Shown: positions 36,192 to 44,935 of the stretch, piece after piece
How positions within the stretch are numbered: position 1 is the first letter of the stretch
How the letters are laid out: each line of letters opens with the position of its first letter
Assembly: GCA_963828735.1 (NCBI GenBank)
Contig: CAWHFW010000005.1
Span: 1,728,001 to 1,792,000, forward strand
DNA: 64,000 nt
Source of the DNA: an uncultured Gemmatimonadales bacterium
GTDB lineage: Bacteria; Gemmatimonadota; Gemmatimonadetes; Gemmatimonadales; GWC2-71-9
Reading direction: 5' to 3'
Notes under the pieces: generated by a model
The model's input: only the letters and a program-made list of their open reading frames with translations
The model's database searches: none
What the model was told of the DNA's origin: nothing
Translations under genes and position numbers: made by a program

Positions 36192-38165
36192 GTGATCGGC
36201 TGCCGGACCCTCGGGCCGATCGAGGTCACCGTCGACGGAGAGCCCGCGCCGCCCGAGCTCCTCTGGCGAAAGCATCTCGCCCTCCTCGTATACCTTGCCC
36301 GATCCCCTAGGCAGACCAGAAGTCGTGACCACCTGATCGCGCTCCTGTGGGCGGACCGGACCGAAGCCGCCGCCCGGCACTCGTTGAGCGAGGCGCTGCG
36401 GGTGCTGCGTCGTCACGGAGGCGCAGCGGCCGTCGAGGTCACCGTGGGACAGGTCGGCCTCGGCGAGGGCGCGGTGGATCTCGACGTGGACCGGCTCGAG
36501 CAGCTCGCCGCCGCCGAGAGCTGGCCCGCGGCCGCCGAGCTCGTGGCGGGCGAGTTCCTTGAGGGGTTCGGCGTGCCGGACGCGACGGCGTTCGAGGACT
36601 GGCTCGCCGCCGAGCGCGAGCACTGGCGCCGTCGCAGTGTCGAGGTGCTGATCCGATCCGCCGACGGGCTCGCCCGCGCGGCCCGGGCCGCCGACGCCGC
36701 CGACATCGCCGCCCGCGCCCTCGCGATCGAACCCACCTCCGAGGGTGCCTTCTGCGCGGTGATCCGCTGCATGGCCCTAGCCGGCGATCGCGCGGGCGCC
36801 CTGGAGCTCGCCGACCGGTTCCATGCCCGCCTGGCCGAGCTCGGCGCCGAGCCGGGACAGGACACCCGCGCGATGGTGGAGCGCGTGCGTCGCGAGCGCG
36901 GCGTGCGCCGCGCTCCCGCCGCGGAGGCCGTGGACGAAGCTGCCATCGTCCGTCCCCCGCTCGCGGGGCGCTCTGCGGAGCTCGCCCGGCTGCTGGATGA
37001 GGCGACGCGGGCGGGACGCACCGGCAGATCGATGCTCCTCCTGATCGAAGGCGAGGCGGGCGTCGGGAAGAGCCGGCTGCTCGACGAGATGCTCGCACTG
37101 CTCCGGCTGGATGGCATGCCGGTGGCCTCGGCACGCGCGGTCGAAGGTGACCTGTCGGATCCCTGGAGCGGGGCACTCGCGCTCGCGCGCGGCGGCCTGG
37201 TCGAGATACCCGGCGTCACGGCCGCTCCACCGACGGCGCTCGCGGCGTTCGCGCACGCGCTTCCCGAGTGGGCCAACCGGTTTCCCGGCGTGCGCGGCGA
37301 AGAGCCCATGTCGCTCGGACGGGCCCTGACGGCGACGGTGGGGGCGGCCGCCGCGGAGCGGCCGATCGTGCTGGCGCTGGATGACGCGCAGTGGCTCGAC
37401 GCCGACTCGGCGCTCTCGCTCGGCGCCATGCTGCGCGATCTCCGGGCGGCGCCGCTCACGTTGGTATTCGGTGTGGCTCCCTATCCCGAGCGCCCGGAGC
37501 TGGACGAGCTCCGCAGTCGGATCGGGCGCGATCTGGAGGGCGGCGCCATCCGCCTCCGGCGGCTCGACCGGGCGGCGCTCCGGAGCCTCGCCGGCGAGAT
37601 GCTGCCCGGGTACGATCCGATCTCACTCGACCGCGTCGTCCGACGGGTCGCCACCGATTCGGCGGGGCTGCCGCTCCTCGCGGTCGAGCTGCTGCGCGCG
37701 GTGGCCCTCGGCCTCGACCTCGGCACGATCGCGGGGACCTGGCCGGAACCGCTCCGCACGCTGGACCAGAGTCTTCCCGGGGATCTCCCCGATGCCGTCG
37801 TCGCGGCGATCCGGGTCGCGGTCCGCCGGCTGAGCCCCGACGCGCAACGCGTGCTCGTCTCCGCGTCCGTCCTCGGCGATCTGGCCGCACCCGTCGTGCT
37901 CGAGCGCGCGCTCGAGATGCAGTCCGAGACGCTGGGCCGGGCGCTCGACGAGCTCGAGTGGCGTCGCTGGCTGGTCGCGGAGCCGCGCGGCTATTCCTTC
38001 GCCGCCCGCATCGTGCGGCAGGTGGTGCTGCGGGACATGGTGACGCCGGGACAGCGGCGGCGGGTGTTGGAGGCGGCGGGGATGGAGGAGGGAGCCGGGA
38101 GACCCTCGGGCGCTCGGCCCGTCAGACCATCGAGTGATCAGGCCATCGGACGATCCGGGGACTGA
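36192..38165 (+). CDS. SARP/AfsR-like regulator (wHTH, BTAD, AAA ATPase)
   Basis: TLGPIEV, LALLVYLA, SRDHLIALLW, FEDWLAAER, GEAGVGKSRL, LALDDAQWLD. Confidence 0.85.
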   Translation: MIGCRTLGPIEVTVDGEPAPPELLWRKHLALLVYLARSPRQTRSRDHLIALLWADRTEAAARHSLSEALRVLRRHGGAAAVEVTVGQVGLGEGAVDLDVDRLEQLAAAESWPAAAELVAGEFLEGFGVPDATAFEDWLAAEREHWRRRSVEVLIRSADGLARAARAADAADIAARALAIEPTSEGAFCAVIRCMALAGDRAGALELADRFHARLAELGAEPGQDTRAMVERVRRERGVRRAPAAEAVDEAAIVRPPLAGRSAELARLLDEATRAGRTGRSMLLLIEGEAGVGKSRLLDEMLALLRLDGMPVASARAVEGDLSDPWSGALALARGGLVEIPGVTAAPPTALAAFAHALPEWANRFPGVRGEEPMSLGRALTATVGAAAAERPIVLALDDAQWLDADSALSLGAMLRDLRAAPLTLVFGVAPYPERPELDELRSRIGRDLEGGAIRLRRLDRAALRSLAGEMLPGYDPISLDRVVRRVATDSAGLPLLAVELLRAVALGLDLGTIAGTWPEPLRTLDQSLPGDLPDAVVAAIRVAVRRLSPDAQRVLVSASVLGDLAAPVVLERALEMQSETLGRALDELEWRRWLVAEPRGYSFAARIVRQVVLRDMVTPGQRRRVLEAAGMEEGAGRPSGARPVRPSSDQAIGRSGD

Positions 38166-38198
38166 CGAGGGCCGATCACGGGAGCTTTCTTCCCGACG

Positions 38199-39878
38199 TC
38201 ACCGCCGGTCTCCCGGCGATCCGGTCCGCATGCGCCCCATGTCCCGCAGCAACGCCGCCGGCGTGACGGGTCCGCCGAGAAATTCCTTCACGACCTCCTC
38301 GGTCTTCTTTTCCAGCCCGAAGCGATACAGCCGCGGGGCGACCCACGCGTACCAGGTCGAGTCGCCCGTCACGAACGGCCCGTGCAGCTCCCGGATGCGA
38401 TCGCGGATCGCCGCGATGAGCAGGGCGCCCGCCGCGTAGTTCATCATGTAGCCCGGCGCGTCCACGAGCTGACCCCGCATCGCCCACCAGGAGAGCTCCG
38501 GGTGCCCGCGGATCCGCAGGTAGTCCCTGGTGAGGGTCGTCCACACCTGGTTGGGATCGGCGCGCGGATCCCGCAGCATGCGAACCTCGAAGAGCGCCCA
38601 CGCCATGTCGAGGACGATGCCGCCATAACGCCCGCGGAGGCCTTCGGCGAGCGGCACGGAGTCGTCCAGCCAGTGCTGCTGCCATGCCGGCTCGTACACG
38701 TCGAGGGCGACGACGTCGGCGACCGCCTCGGTGAAGGGATCGCTGTCGGGCCAGTCGCGGAACGCGGGGCGTGTGCGGATGGCGGCCAGATGGACGGCGT
38801 GGCCGGTCTCGTGCAGGAGCTCGTTCAGGTTGTCGAGGCCGCCGGTACGGTAGGTCGCGAACACCCACGGCTCGATCACCGGCTCTCGCGCGCCGAAGGT
38901 GGTGAATGCCACCGGGTCCTTCCCCTCGCGCGGCTCGAGGTCGAAGTGGACGCGCAGCCCCTGCACGTCGGCGCCGAGGGACCGGAACACCTCCGCATCG
39001 AGCATCGGCAGCCGGGACAACGGGATTCCGGGGCTCAACTCCCGGCTGGCGCGCCCATTCTCGTAGATCCAATCCCACGGCTCCACCAGCGTGTCGGGCG
39101 TCGCGTCGCGCCAGGCGCCGAGCACGGCCAGGAGCCACGGCTCCAGCGAGTCCGGCGGGATACCCGCCGTCCGAGCCTGGGCCGCAGCCGGGGGTTCGGC
39201 GTCTGGCCGGGCGCGCGCCTCCATCGCGATCAGCCGGCGATAGGGACTGTCGGGCTCGTTGCCTCCGTTCATGCTGTGCCAGACGGGCGCGAGCGCGAGA
39301 AACAGCGCTCGCCGCCGGGCGACGTCGTCGGTGCTGCCGATGGTCCCGAGGATCGTCAGCCGATCAAGCGTGTCGGCTCCGAACGGAACGTGGGATTGCG
39401 CCCAGCCGTAGCAGGCGTAGATGCGCGCTCGCAGGGAGTCGATGCCGCCCATCGTGTCGGCGGAACAGTCGGGGCCGGTGGAGGGGACGACCGCCGCCCC
39501 CGCGTTGGTGGCCGTGATCGCCAGCAGGTCGCGAAGCGCCACCCGGCGCATCTCCGTGAGCGCTCGAACGTCAGCACCCGCGAGCGCCGACGAGTCGACC
39601 GCGGCGAGCACCCGGTCCAGCCGGTCACGGGTCTCGTTGGCGCGCGCGGCGAGTTGGTCGAGCGTCGCCCCGTCCTCGGCCGCCGATCGGCCGGAGGCGA
39701 CGGTGACCTCGTAGCGATCTCGGGCGTCGCGTGCGAGCGCGAACGTCGACTCCGCCGAGGCGAGCTCCACGACCGCGCGCGCGGGAGTCGGCGTCGTCGC
39801 TTGCGGCGCGCAGCCCGCGAGCCCTGCGAGCAGCAGCGTCGCCGGAGTGGTCGAGCGTCCGATCGATCGTAGAAGCAC
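38199..39878 (-). CDS. Lipoprotein gluzincin metallopeptidase (M3/M2-like)
   Basis: Lipobox LAGC; LLHETGHAVH; downstream FTEAVAD; PGYMMNY. Confidence 0.7.
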   Translation of the reverse strand: MLLRSIGRSTTPATLLLAGLAGCAPQATTPTPARAVVELASAESTFALARDARDRYEVTVASGRSAAEDGATLDQLAARANETRDRLDRVLAAVDSSALAGADVRALTEMRRVALRDLLAITATNAGAAVVPSTGPDCSADTMGGIDSLRARIYACYGWAQSHVPFGADTLDRLTILGTIGSTDDVARRRALFLALAPVWHSMNGGNEPDSPYRRLIAMEARARPDAEPPAAAQARTAGIPPDSLEPWLLAVLGAWRDATPDTLVEPWDWIYENGRASRELSPGIPLSRLPMLDAEVFRSLGADVQGLRVHFDLEPREGKDPVAFTTFGAREPVIEPWVFATYRTGGLDNLNELLHETGHAVHLAAIRTRPAFRDWPDSDPFTEAVADVVALDVYEPAWQQHWLDDSVPLAEGLRGRYGGIVLDMAWALFEVRMLRDPRADPNQVWTTLTRDYLRIRGHPELSWWAMRGQLVDAPGYMMNYAAGALLIAAIRDRIRELHGPFVTGDSTWYAWVAPRLYRFGLEKKTEEVVKEFLGGPVTPAALLRDMGRMRTGSPGDRR

Positions 39879-40082
39879 GCACGAGAATACACCCGACTCG
39901 CGCGCTCGCGACAGCGGCGACCGGGCTTCGAGGAACAGCGCGCCAAGTCCTCGCTCGGACGGACGTCCGGGATCCGAAGAAGAAGCGGGGCTGGAGGGAG
40001 TCGAACAGAAAAGTGGACCGACCGGCGCACGATCCTGCGTGCTCCCGTCCGTCCACTTCCCCGTCAGCCGTGTGGCGGGAGA

Positions 40083-40592
40083 CTAGCGCCGAGCGGCAAG
40101 CCGGTTCAGGCGTGCCTCCGCGACCTCGGTGAGCTTGAGGTCGGCCGCCTTCTCCTCCTCCAGCGTCTGCTCGAGCACGCTCGCGCAGTCGTCCCGGCCG
40201 AGCTCGCGCGCCCAGGAGATCAGGGTGCCGTAGCGCGCGATCTCGTAATGCTCCACCGCCTGCGCCGCCGCCGCGGCGGCCGCGTCCAGCACGTCGGTGT
40301 CCTTGGCGTCGCCCAGGATCTGGCTGGCTTCCTCGAGGATGCCGTCGATCGCGGGGCAGGTGACCGCCTTGGCCGGCTGCCCGTGGAGCTGAAAGACGCG
40401 CTCCACCCGGGTGACGTGGTTCTTGGTCTGCTCGAGATGGTTCGACAACCCCTGCTTGAGCTCGGAGTTGCCCACCTTGGAAATCATCTTCGGCAGGGCC
40501 TTCGTGATCTGCTGCTCGGCGTAGTAGATGTCCTGCAACGTATGGACGAACAGGTCGTCCAGCGTCTTGATCGGCTTGGTAAGCAAACCCAT
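40083..40592 (-). CDS. Ferritin-like YciF/DUF892 protein
   Basis: LQDIYYAEQQITKALPKM, HLEQT, QAVEHYEIARYGTL, TLEEEKAAD. Confidence 0.92.
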   Translation of the reverse strand: MGLLTKPIKTLDDLFVHTLQDIYYAEQQITKALPKMISKVGNSELKQGLSNHLEQTKNHVTRVERVFQLHGQPAKAVTCPAIDGILEEASQILGDAKDTDVLDAAAAAAAQAVEHYEIARYGTLISWARELGRDDCASVLEQTLEEEKAADLKLTEVAEARLNRLAARR

Positions 40593-40748
40593 GGTGATAC
40601 CCCTTCGAGTTCAGACGGCGCGTGCCCGCGTGTGCGTGACGCGCGCGAAAACTTTGCGAGTGCCTAGTTTGGCCACGGAGCCGTGCGAGTACCGTGACCT
40701 TCCTCACGGCATGGCGCTTCTTGACGGGGAACGCTGAGCATAGCACAT

Positions 40749-40764
40749 TTAACCTTATGGTTAA
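40749..40764. promoter_or_regulatory. ArsR autoregulatory palindrome over the start codon
   Basis: TTAACC-ttat-GGTTAA; promoter TTGACG-N17-CACATT at 40721-40749. Confidence 0.7.
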
Positions 40765-41089
40765 GTCAGTCGCGTACGACCTTGATCGCGTATTTCACGC
40801 GCTGTCCCACCCCACCCGCCGGGAGATCCTGCGTCACCTCACCCGACGTGAGCGCTCCGTCTCCGAGCTCGCTCAGCCGCATGAAATGTCCCTCGTCGCG
40901 GTCTCGAAGCATCTCAAGGTGCTCGAGGACGCCCGGCTGATCCGCCGCCGCAAGGACGGCAGCTTCCACTACTTGCGCCTCAACCCCGAGGCGCTCCAGA
41001 CGGCGGACGAATGGATCCGCCGGTACGAGCAGTTCTGGAGCCCGCGCCTCGACTCCCTCAAGCAGCTCCTGGAGCAGGAGGACACGTGA
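40757..41089 (+). CDS. ArsR/SmtB family regulator
   Basis: VFHALSHPTRREIL...SVSELA...AVSKHLKVLEDARLI. Confidence 0.92.
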   Translation: MVKSVAYDLDRVFHALSHPTRREILRHLTRRERSVSELAQPHEMSLVAVSKHLKVLEDARLIRRRKDGSFHYLRLNPEALQTADEWIRRYEQFWSPRLDSLKQLLEQEDT

Positions 41090-41532
41090 CACCCTCGCAG
41101 ACGCAAACCGAGCTTCGCATGACCCGCCACATCCGGGCCCCCAGGGAACGGGTGTTCGACGCCTGGATTCGCCCGGAGTCTCTGAGACGCTGGTTGGGTC
41201 CGGAGGCCGTGACCGTGGACTCGGTCGAGCTCGACCCGAGGGTCGGCGGCCGCTACCGAATCGTGGCGCGCGAGGCCGGGCAGACCCGCGTCGTGACCGG
41301 CGAGTACAAGGAGCTGGTTCATGGACGGAAGGTGGTCATGACCTGGGCCTTCGAAGGACCCACCCGCCACGACACCCTGCTCACCGTGCTCTTCGAGGAC
41401 CTGGATGGCGGCACGGAGCTCACCCTGATCCACGAACGCTTCGCCAGCGCCGAAGACATGGGCCACCACGAGCAGGGTTGGGTCGGAAGCCTGGACAAGC
41501 TCGCGGCGGCGATGGCGGGCCCAATCGGCTAG
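41086..41532 (+). CDS. SRPBCC/AHSA1 domain protein
   Basis: IRAPRERVFDAW...DPRVGGRYRI...GGTELTLIHE...HEQGW; GTGA overlap with arsR. Confidence 0.88.
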   Translation: MTPSQTQTELRMTRHIRAPRERVFDAWIRPESLRRWLGPEAVTVDSVELDPRVGGRYRIVAREAGQTRVVTGEYKELVHGRKVVMTWAFEGPTRHDTLLTVLFEDLDGGTELTLIHERFASAEDMGHHEQGWVGSLDKLAAAMAGPIG

Positions 41533-41542
41533 ACTGGAGGGC

Positions 41543-42136
41543 ATGCAGCCGACGTTTTTCGCGACGCCCGAGGAGTGGCGCGCCTGGCTGGCGCGCCACC
41601 ACGACACCGTGCCCGAGTTGTGGGTCGGCTTCCACAAGCGGGGCACGGGTCGGCCTAGCATCACGTGGCCGGAATCCGTGGACCAGGCGCTCTGCTTCGG
41701 CTGGATCGATGGCGTCCGGCGGCGACTCGACGACGAGCGCTACGTCATCCGCTTCACCCCCCGGCGCAGTGGTAGCATCTGGAGCAGCGTGAACCACGCC
41801 CGGGTCAAGGAGCTCACGCGCCTCGGCCTGATGCAGCCCGCCGGACTCCGGGCGCACGCGGCGCGCAAGGCCGCCAAGTCCGGCGTGTATGCCTATGAGC
41901 AGCGCAAGTCGGCGGCCCTGCCGGCACCCCTGGAGCGGAAGTTCCGGCGCGACCGGAAGGCGTGGGCCTTCTTCCAGGCCCAGCCCCAGTGGTATCGCCA
42001 GACCGCCGTGTGGTGGATCGTGAGCGCCAAGAAAGAGGAAACGCAGGACCGGAGGCTCGCCACCCTGATCGAGGACTCGGCGGCCGGGCGGCCCATCAAG
42101 CACCTCGATCGGCGAGGCGTGCGCGACTCATCGTGA
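41543..42136 (+). CDS. YdeI/OmpD-associated family protein
   Basis: FFATPEEWRAWL, ALCFGWIDG, FTPRRSGSIWS, SAKKEET. Confidence 0.88.
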   Translation: MQPTFFATPEEWRAWLARHHDTVPELWVGFHKRGTGRPSITWPESVDQALCFGWIDGVRRRLDDERYVIRFTPRRSGSIWSSVNHARVKELTRLGLMQPAGLRAHAARKAAKSGVYAYEQRKSAALPAPLERKFRRDRKAWAFFQAQPQWYRQTAVWWIVSAKKEETQDRRLATLIEDSAAGRPIKHLDRRGVRDSS

Positions 42137-42181
42137 GCCGGCGGGCTCGAGCCACGCGAGTCCGCAGCGGCCCCGCGGTCC

Positions 42182-43519
42182 CTAGCGCGGCCTTCCGCGC
42201 GCAATCTTCTCAACCTCCGCGAGCCGTCCCTGGAGGAATCGCCGCTCCGGCTCTTGCCGGGCGAGCGCGAGCGCCCGCCGATACGAATCCGCGGCCTCCG
42301 CCACGCGGTCGAGCCGGCGGCACAGGTCCGCGCGTGCCGAGTGCGCGAGATGGTAGTGCGCGAGCTCGCCGCGCGCGAGGAGGTCCTCCACGAGCGCGAG
42401 CCCGGCGGCGGGTCCGTCGCGCATGGCCACGGCCGCCGCGCGGTTGAGCTCGACGACCGGTGACGGATCCGCCCGCAGCAGCACGTCGTACAGCCCCACG
42501 ATCTGAGCCCAGTCGGTGGCCCCCGCGTCCGCCGCCTCCGCGTGGACGGCGGCGATCGCCGCCTGCAGCGCGTACGGCCCCACGCTGCGCGACTCGAGCG
42601 CTCGCCGCGCCAAGGTGGCGCCTTCCTCGATCATCGCCGGGTCCCACCGCGAGCGGTCCTGCGCGGCCAGCAGCACGAGCTCCCCGTCAGGCGACGTGCG
42701 CGCGCTGCGTCGGGATTCGTGCAGCAGCATCAGCGCGAGCAGCCCGACCGCCTCGGGCTCGGGTGGGTCGGGCAACAGCTCGAGGAGAAGCCTGCCCAGA
42801 CGAATCGCTTCGGCCGAGAGGTCGTGCCGCGTGAGCGACGTGCCGGAGGAAGCCGAGTAGCCTTCGTTGAAGACGAGATAGATGACGTGGAGCACGCTCT
42901 CCAGGCGGTCCGGCAGGTCGGTTCGCGCGGGCACCTGGTAGGGAATGCGCGCGTCGCGGATCTTGGCCTTCGCGCGGACGATCCGCTGCGCCACCGTCGG
43001 CGGCGACGTCAGGAACGCGTGGGCGATCTCCTCGGTGGTGAGGCCGCAGACCTCGCGCAGCGTGAGCGCGATGCGGGCGTCGGGCGTGAGGGCGGGATGG
43101 CAGCAGGTGAAGATGAGCCGGAGCCGGTCGTCCGCGAGCGCCTCGTCGTCGGCAGGGTCGGCATCCGCCGATTCCGCCTCGAGCCGCCGCGCAAGCTCGC
43201 CTTGCGACGCGTCGAATCGCGCTCGCCGACGGAGCGCGTCGATCGCCTTGAAGCGGCCGGTCGACACCAGCCAGGCACGCGGATTCGCCGGCACGCCGTC
43301 GCGCGGCCAGCGCTCGAGCGCGATGGTGAACGCGTCGTGCAGCGCCTCCTCGGCGCGGTCGAAGTCGCCGAGCAGGCGGATGAGGGTGGCGAGCACGCGC
43401 CGCGAATCGGCCCGGTAGATCGCGTCGACCGTGGCGCGGGCGGCGTCGACCGCGGAGTCGTCGGGCGTCGGGCCGGACGCGGGTCCCGAGCGGAGCATTG
43501 GGTGTGTGCGTCGGCTCAT
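42182..43519 (-). CDS. ECF sigma factor, ECF42-type with C-terminal extension/TPR
   Basis: VLATLIRLLGDFDRAEEA, DDRLRLIFTCCHPAL, VAQRIVRAKAKI, YLVFNEGY, GPYALQAAIAAVH. Confidence 0.9.
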   Translation of the reverse strand: MSRRTHPMLRSGPASGPTPDDSAVDAARATVDAIYRADSRRVLATLIRLLGDFDRAEEALHDAFTIALERWPRDGVPANPRAWLVSTGRFKAIDALRRRARFDASQGELARRLEAESADADPADDEALADDRLRLIFTCCHPALTPDARIALTLREVCGLTTEEIAHAFLTSPPTVAQRIVRAKAKIRDARIPYQVPARTDLPDRLESVLHVIYLVFNEGYSASSGTSLTRHDLSAEAIRLGRLLLELLPDPPEPEAVGLLALMLLHESRRSARTSPDGELVLLAAQDRSRWDPAMIEEGATLARRALESRSVGPYALQAAIAAVHAEAADAGATDWAQIVGLYDVLLRADPSPVVELNRAAAVAMRDGPAAGLALVEDLLARGELAHYHLAHSARADLCRRLDRVAEAADSYRRALALARQEPERRFLQGRLAEVEKIARGRPR

Positions 43520-43628
43520 GGCTTCGTCTGGCTCGGGGTGACACCCTGCCCGGCCGGACTCACACGCAGGAGGCCCCTCCCGCTCGGCTCGGGATGCTCG
43601 CTCGGCGTGACGCCGCCGATCCAGCGTA

Positions 43629-43985
43629 CTACGGCTGGCCGAAGTCCACCACGGGACGGACCTCGACGCTGCCGATCCGGACCGATGGAATACGCGACGC
43701 GACCTGGATGGCTTCGTTCAGGTCCTTGGCCTCGATCAGGTAGAAGCCGCCCAGCTGCTCCTTGGTCTCCGCGAACGGCCCGTCGGTCGTGCTGACCTTG
43801 CCGTTCCGCTGGCGCACGGTGGTGGCGGTCTCCACCGGCTGCAGCGCCTCGCCGTGGATCATGTGGCCGCTCTTCCGGATGTCGTCCGTAAACGCGAAGT
43901 ACTCCCCCATGAACTTGTCGGACTCGCTCTGCGTCATCGTGCCGATCTTCTTCTCGTCGTCGTAAATCAGGCAGAGGTATCGCAT
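43629..43985 (-). CDS. YciI/DGPF protein
   Basis: MRYLCLIY...TDGPFAETKEQLGGFYLIEA...GSVEVRP. Confidence 0.92.
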   Translation of the reverse strand: MRYLCLIYDDEKKIGTMTQSESDKFMGEYFAFTDDIRKSGHMIHGEALQPVETATTVRQRNGKVSTTDGPFAETKEQLGGFYLIEAKDLNEAIQVASRIPSVRIGSVEVRPVVDFGQP

Positions 43986-44029
43986 GGCTCCCTCGGGTTC
44001 GAAAGTGGACCTGCCGTGGATGCCAGATA

Positions 44030-44056
44030 GTCGAACGGGACTCCCCGGTTTCGACA
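44030..44056 (-). promoter_or_regulatory. ECF42-type promoter upstream of yciI-sigma
   Basis: Minus strand TGTCGA-N17-CGAC. Confidence 0.6.
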
Positions 44057-44296
44057 TCCGCTCCCCCGAGTCGTCGCGCCCGTCGAGCCACGAGTATAAG
44101 ACGTGAAGCGGCAGTCACTTGCACACTAGCGCCCCGGTCCGGTCCGGGCCGCCCCTCCGGCACGGCCCATTTATCACTTGCCGCACTCGGCGATCGCTCT
44201 AACGTATCGATGCTCCGTCGCCACGGCCGCAACCCGGGCCAGGCGTCGTCGTCCGCCGCCCTTCCGGTCGCGGGAGGCGGCAAGCCAGGAGGTGCT

Positions 44297-44872
44297 ATGA
44301 GAGTCCCGCTGGATCGTTCCATCCTCGTGCTGTTGCTGCTCCCCGCCGTGCTCCACGCCCAGGCCAATCCCCCCGGTCAGACCAAGGAAACCGAAGCCGA
44401 GTTCATCAAGGCCGCCCAGGCGGGCGCACCTGATCGCATCTCGGCGCAGGCCACGATCGCGAGGATGGAGCCGAAAGGCCAGGTGGCCATCGTGCGACAG
44501 GGCACCAACGGCTTCACCTGCTCGCTGTTTCCCGACGAGAGCCACGCGCCGATCTGCGCCGACCAGGCGGGCTGGCATTGGTTCGTGGCCGCGATGTCGC
44601 AGCAGCCGAAGCCACCCGCCCCGGGCGGCGTCGCGTACATGGCGAAGGGAGGCATCCACTACGAGATGGCCGACGGACGCATCGTGATGATGCCCGCCCC
44701 CGGCACGAAGAAGGCGGATGAGCCGCCGCACTGGATGCTCCTCACGCCCTTCGATTCGGCCACGAGCGGCATTCCGACGCGACCGAACGCCGGCGGGTCG
44801 TACATCATGTTCGCGGGCACGCCGTACGCGCACCTGATGATCTACCAGGATCCGAAGATGCTCAAGCAGTAG
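44297..44872 (+). CDS. Secreted hypothetical protein
   Basis: AGGAGG RBS; signal peptide ...PAVLHA; GTNGFTC, PICAD, GVAYM, PPHWM, GTPYAHLMI. Confidence 0.75.
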   Translation: MRVPLDRSILVLLLLPAVLHAQANPPGQTKETEAEFIKAAQAGAPDRISAQATIARMEPKGQVAIVRQGTNGFTCSLFPDESHAPICADQAGWHWFVAAMSQQPKPPAPGGVAYMAKGGIHYEMADGRIVMMPAPGTKKADEPPHWMLLTPFDSATSGIPTRPNAGGSYIMFAGTPYAHLMIYQDPKMLKQ

Positions 44873-44935
44873 GCGCTGGCGGCACAGGCCCGCCGAGGGC
44901 AGATTCGACGGGTTCCGTCCCCCTCCAGGAGCTGG

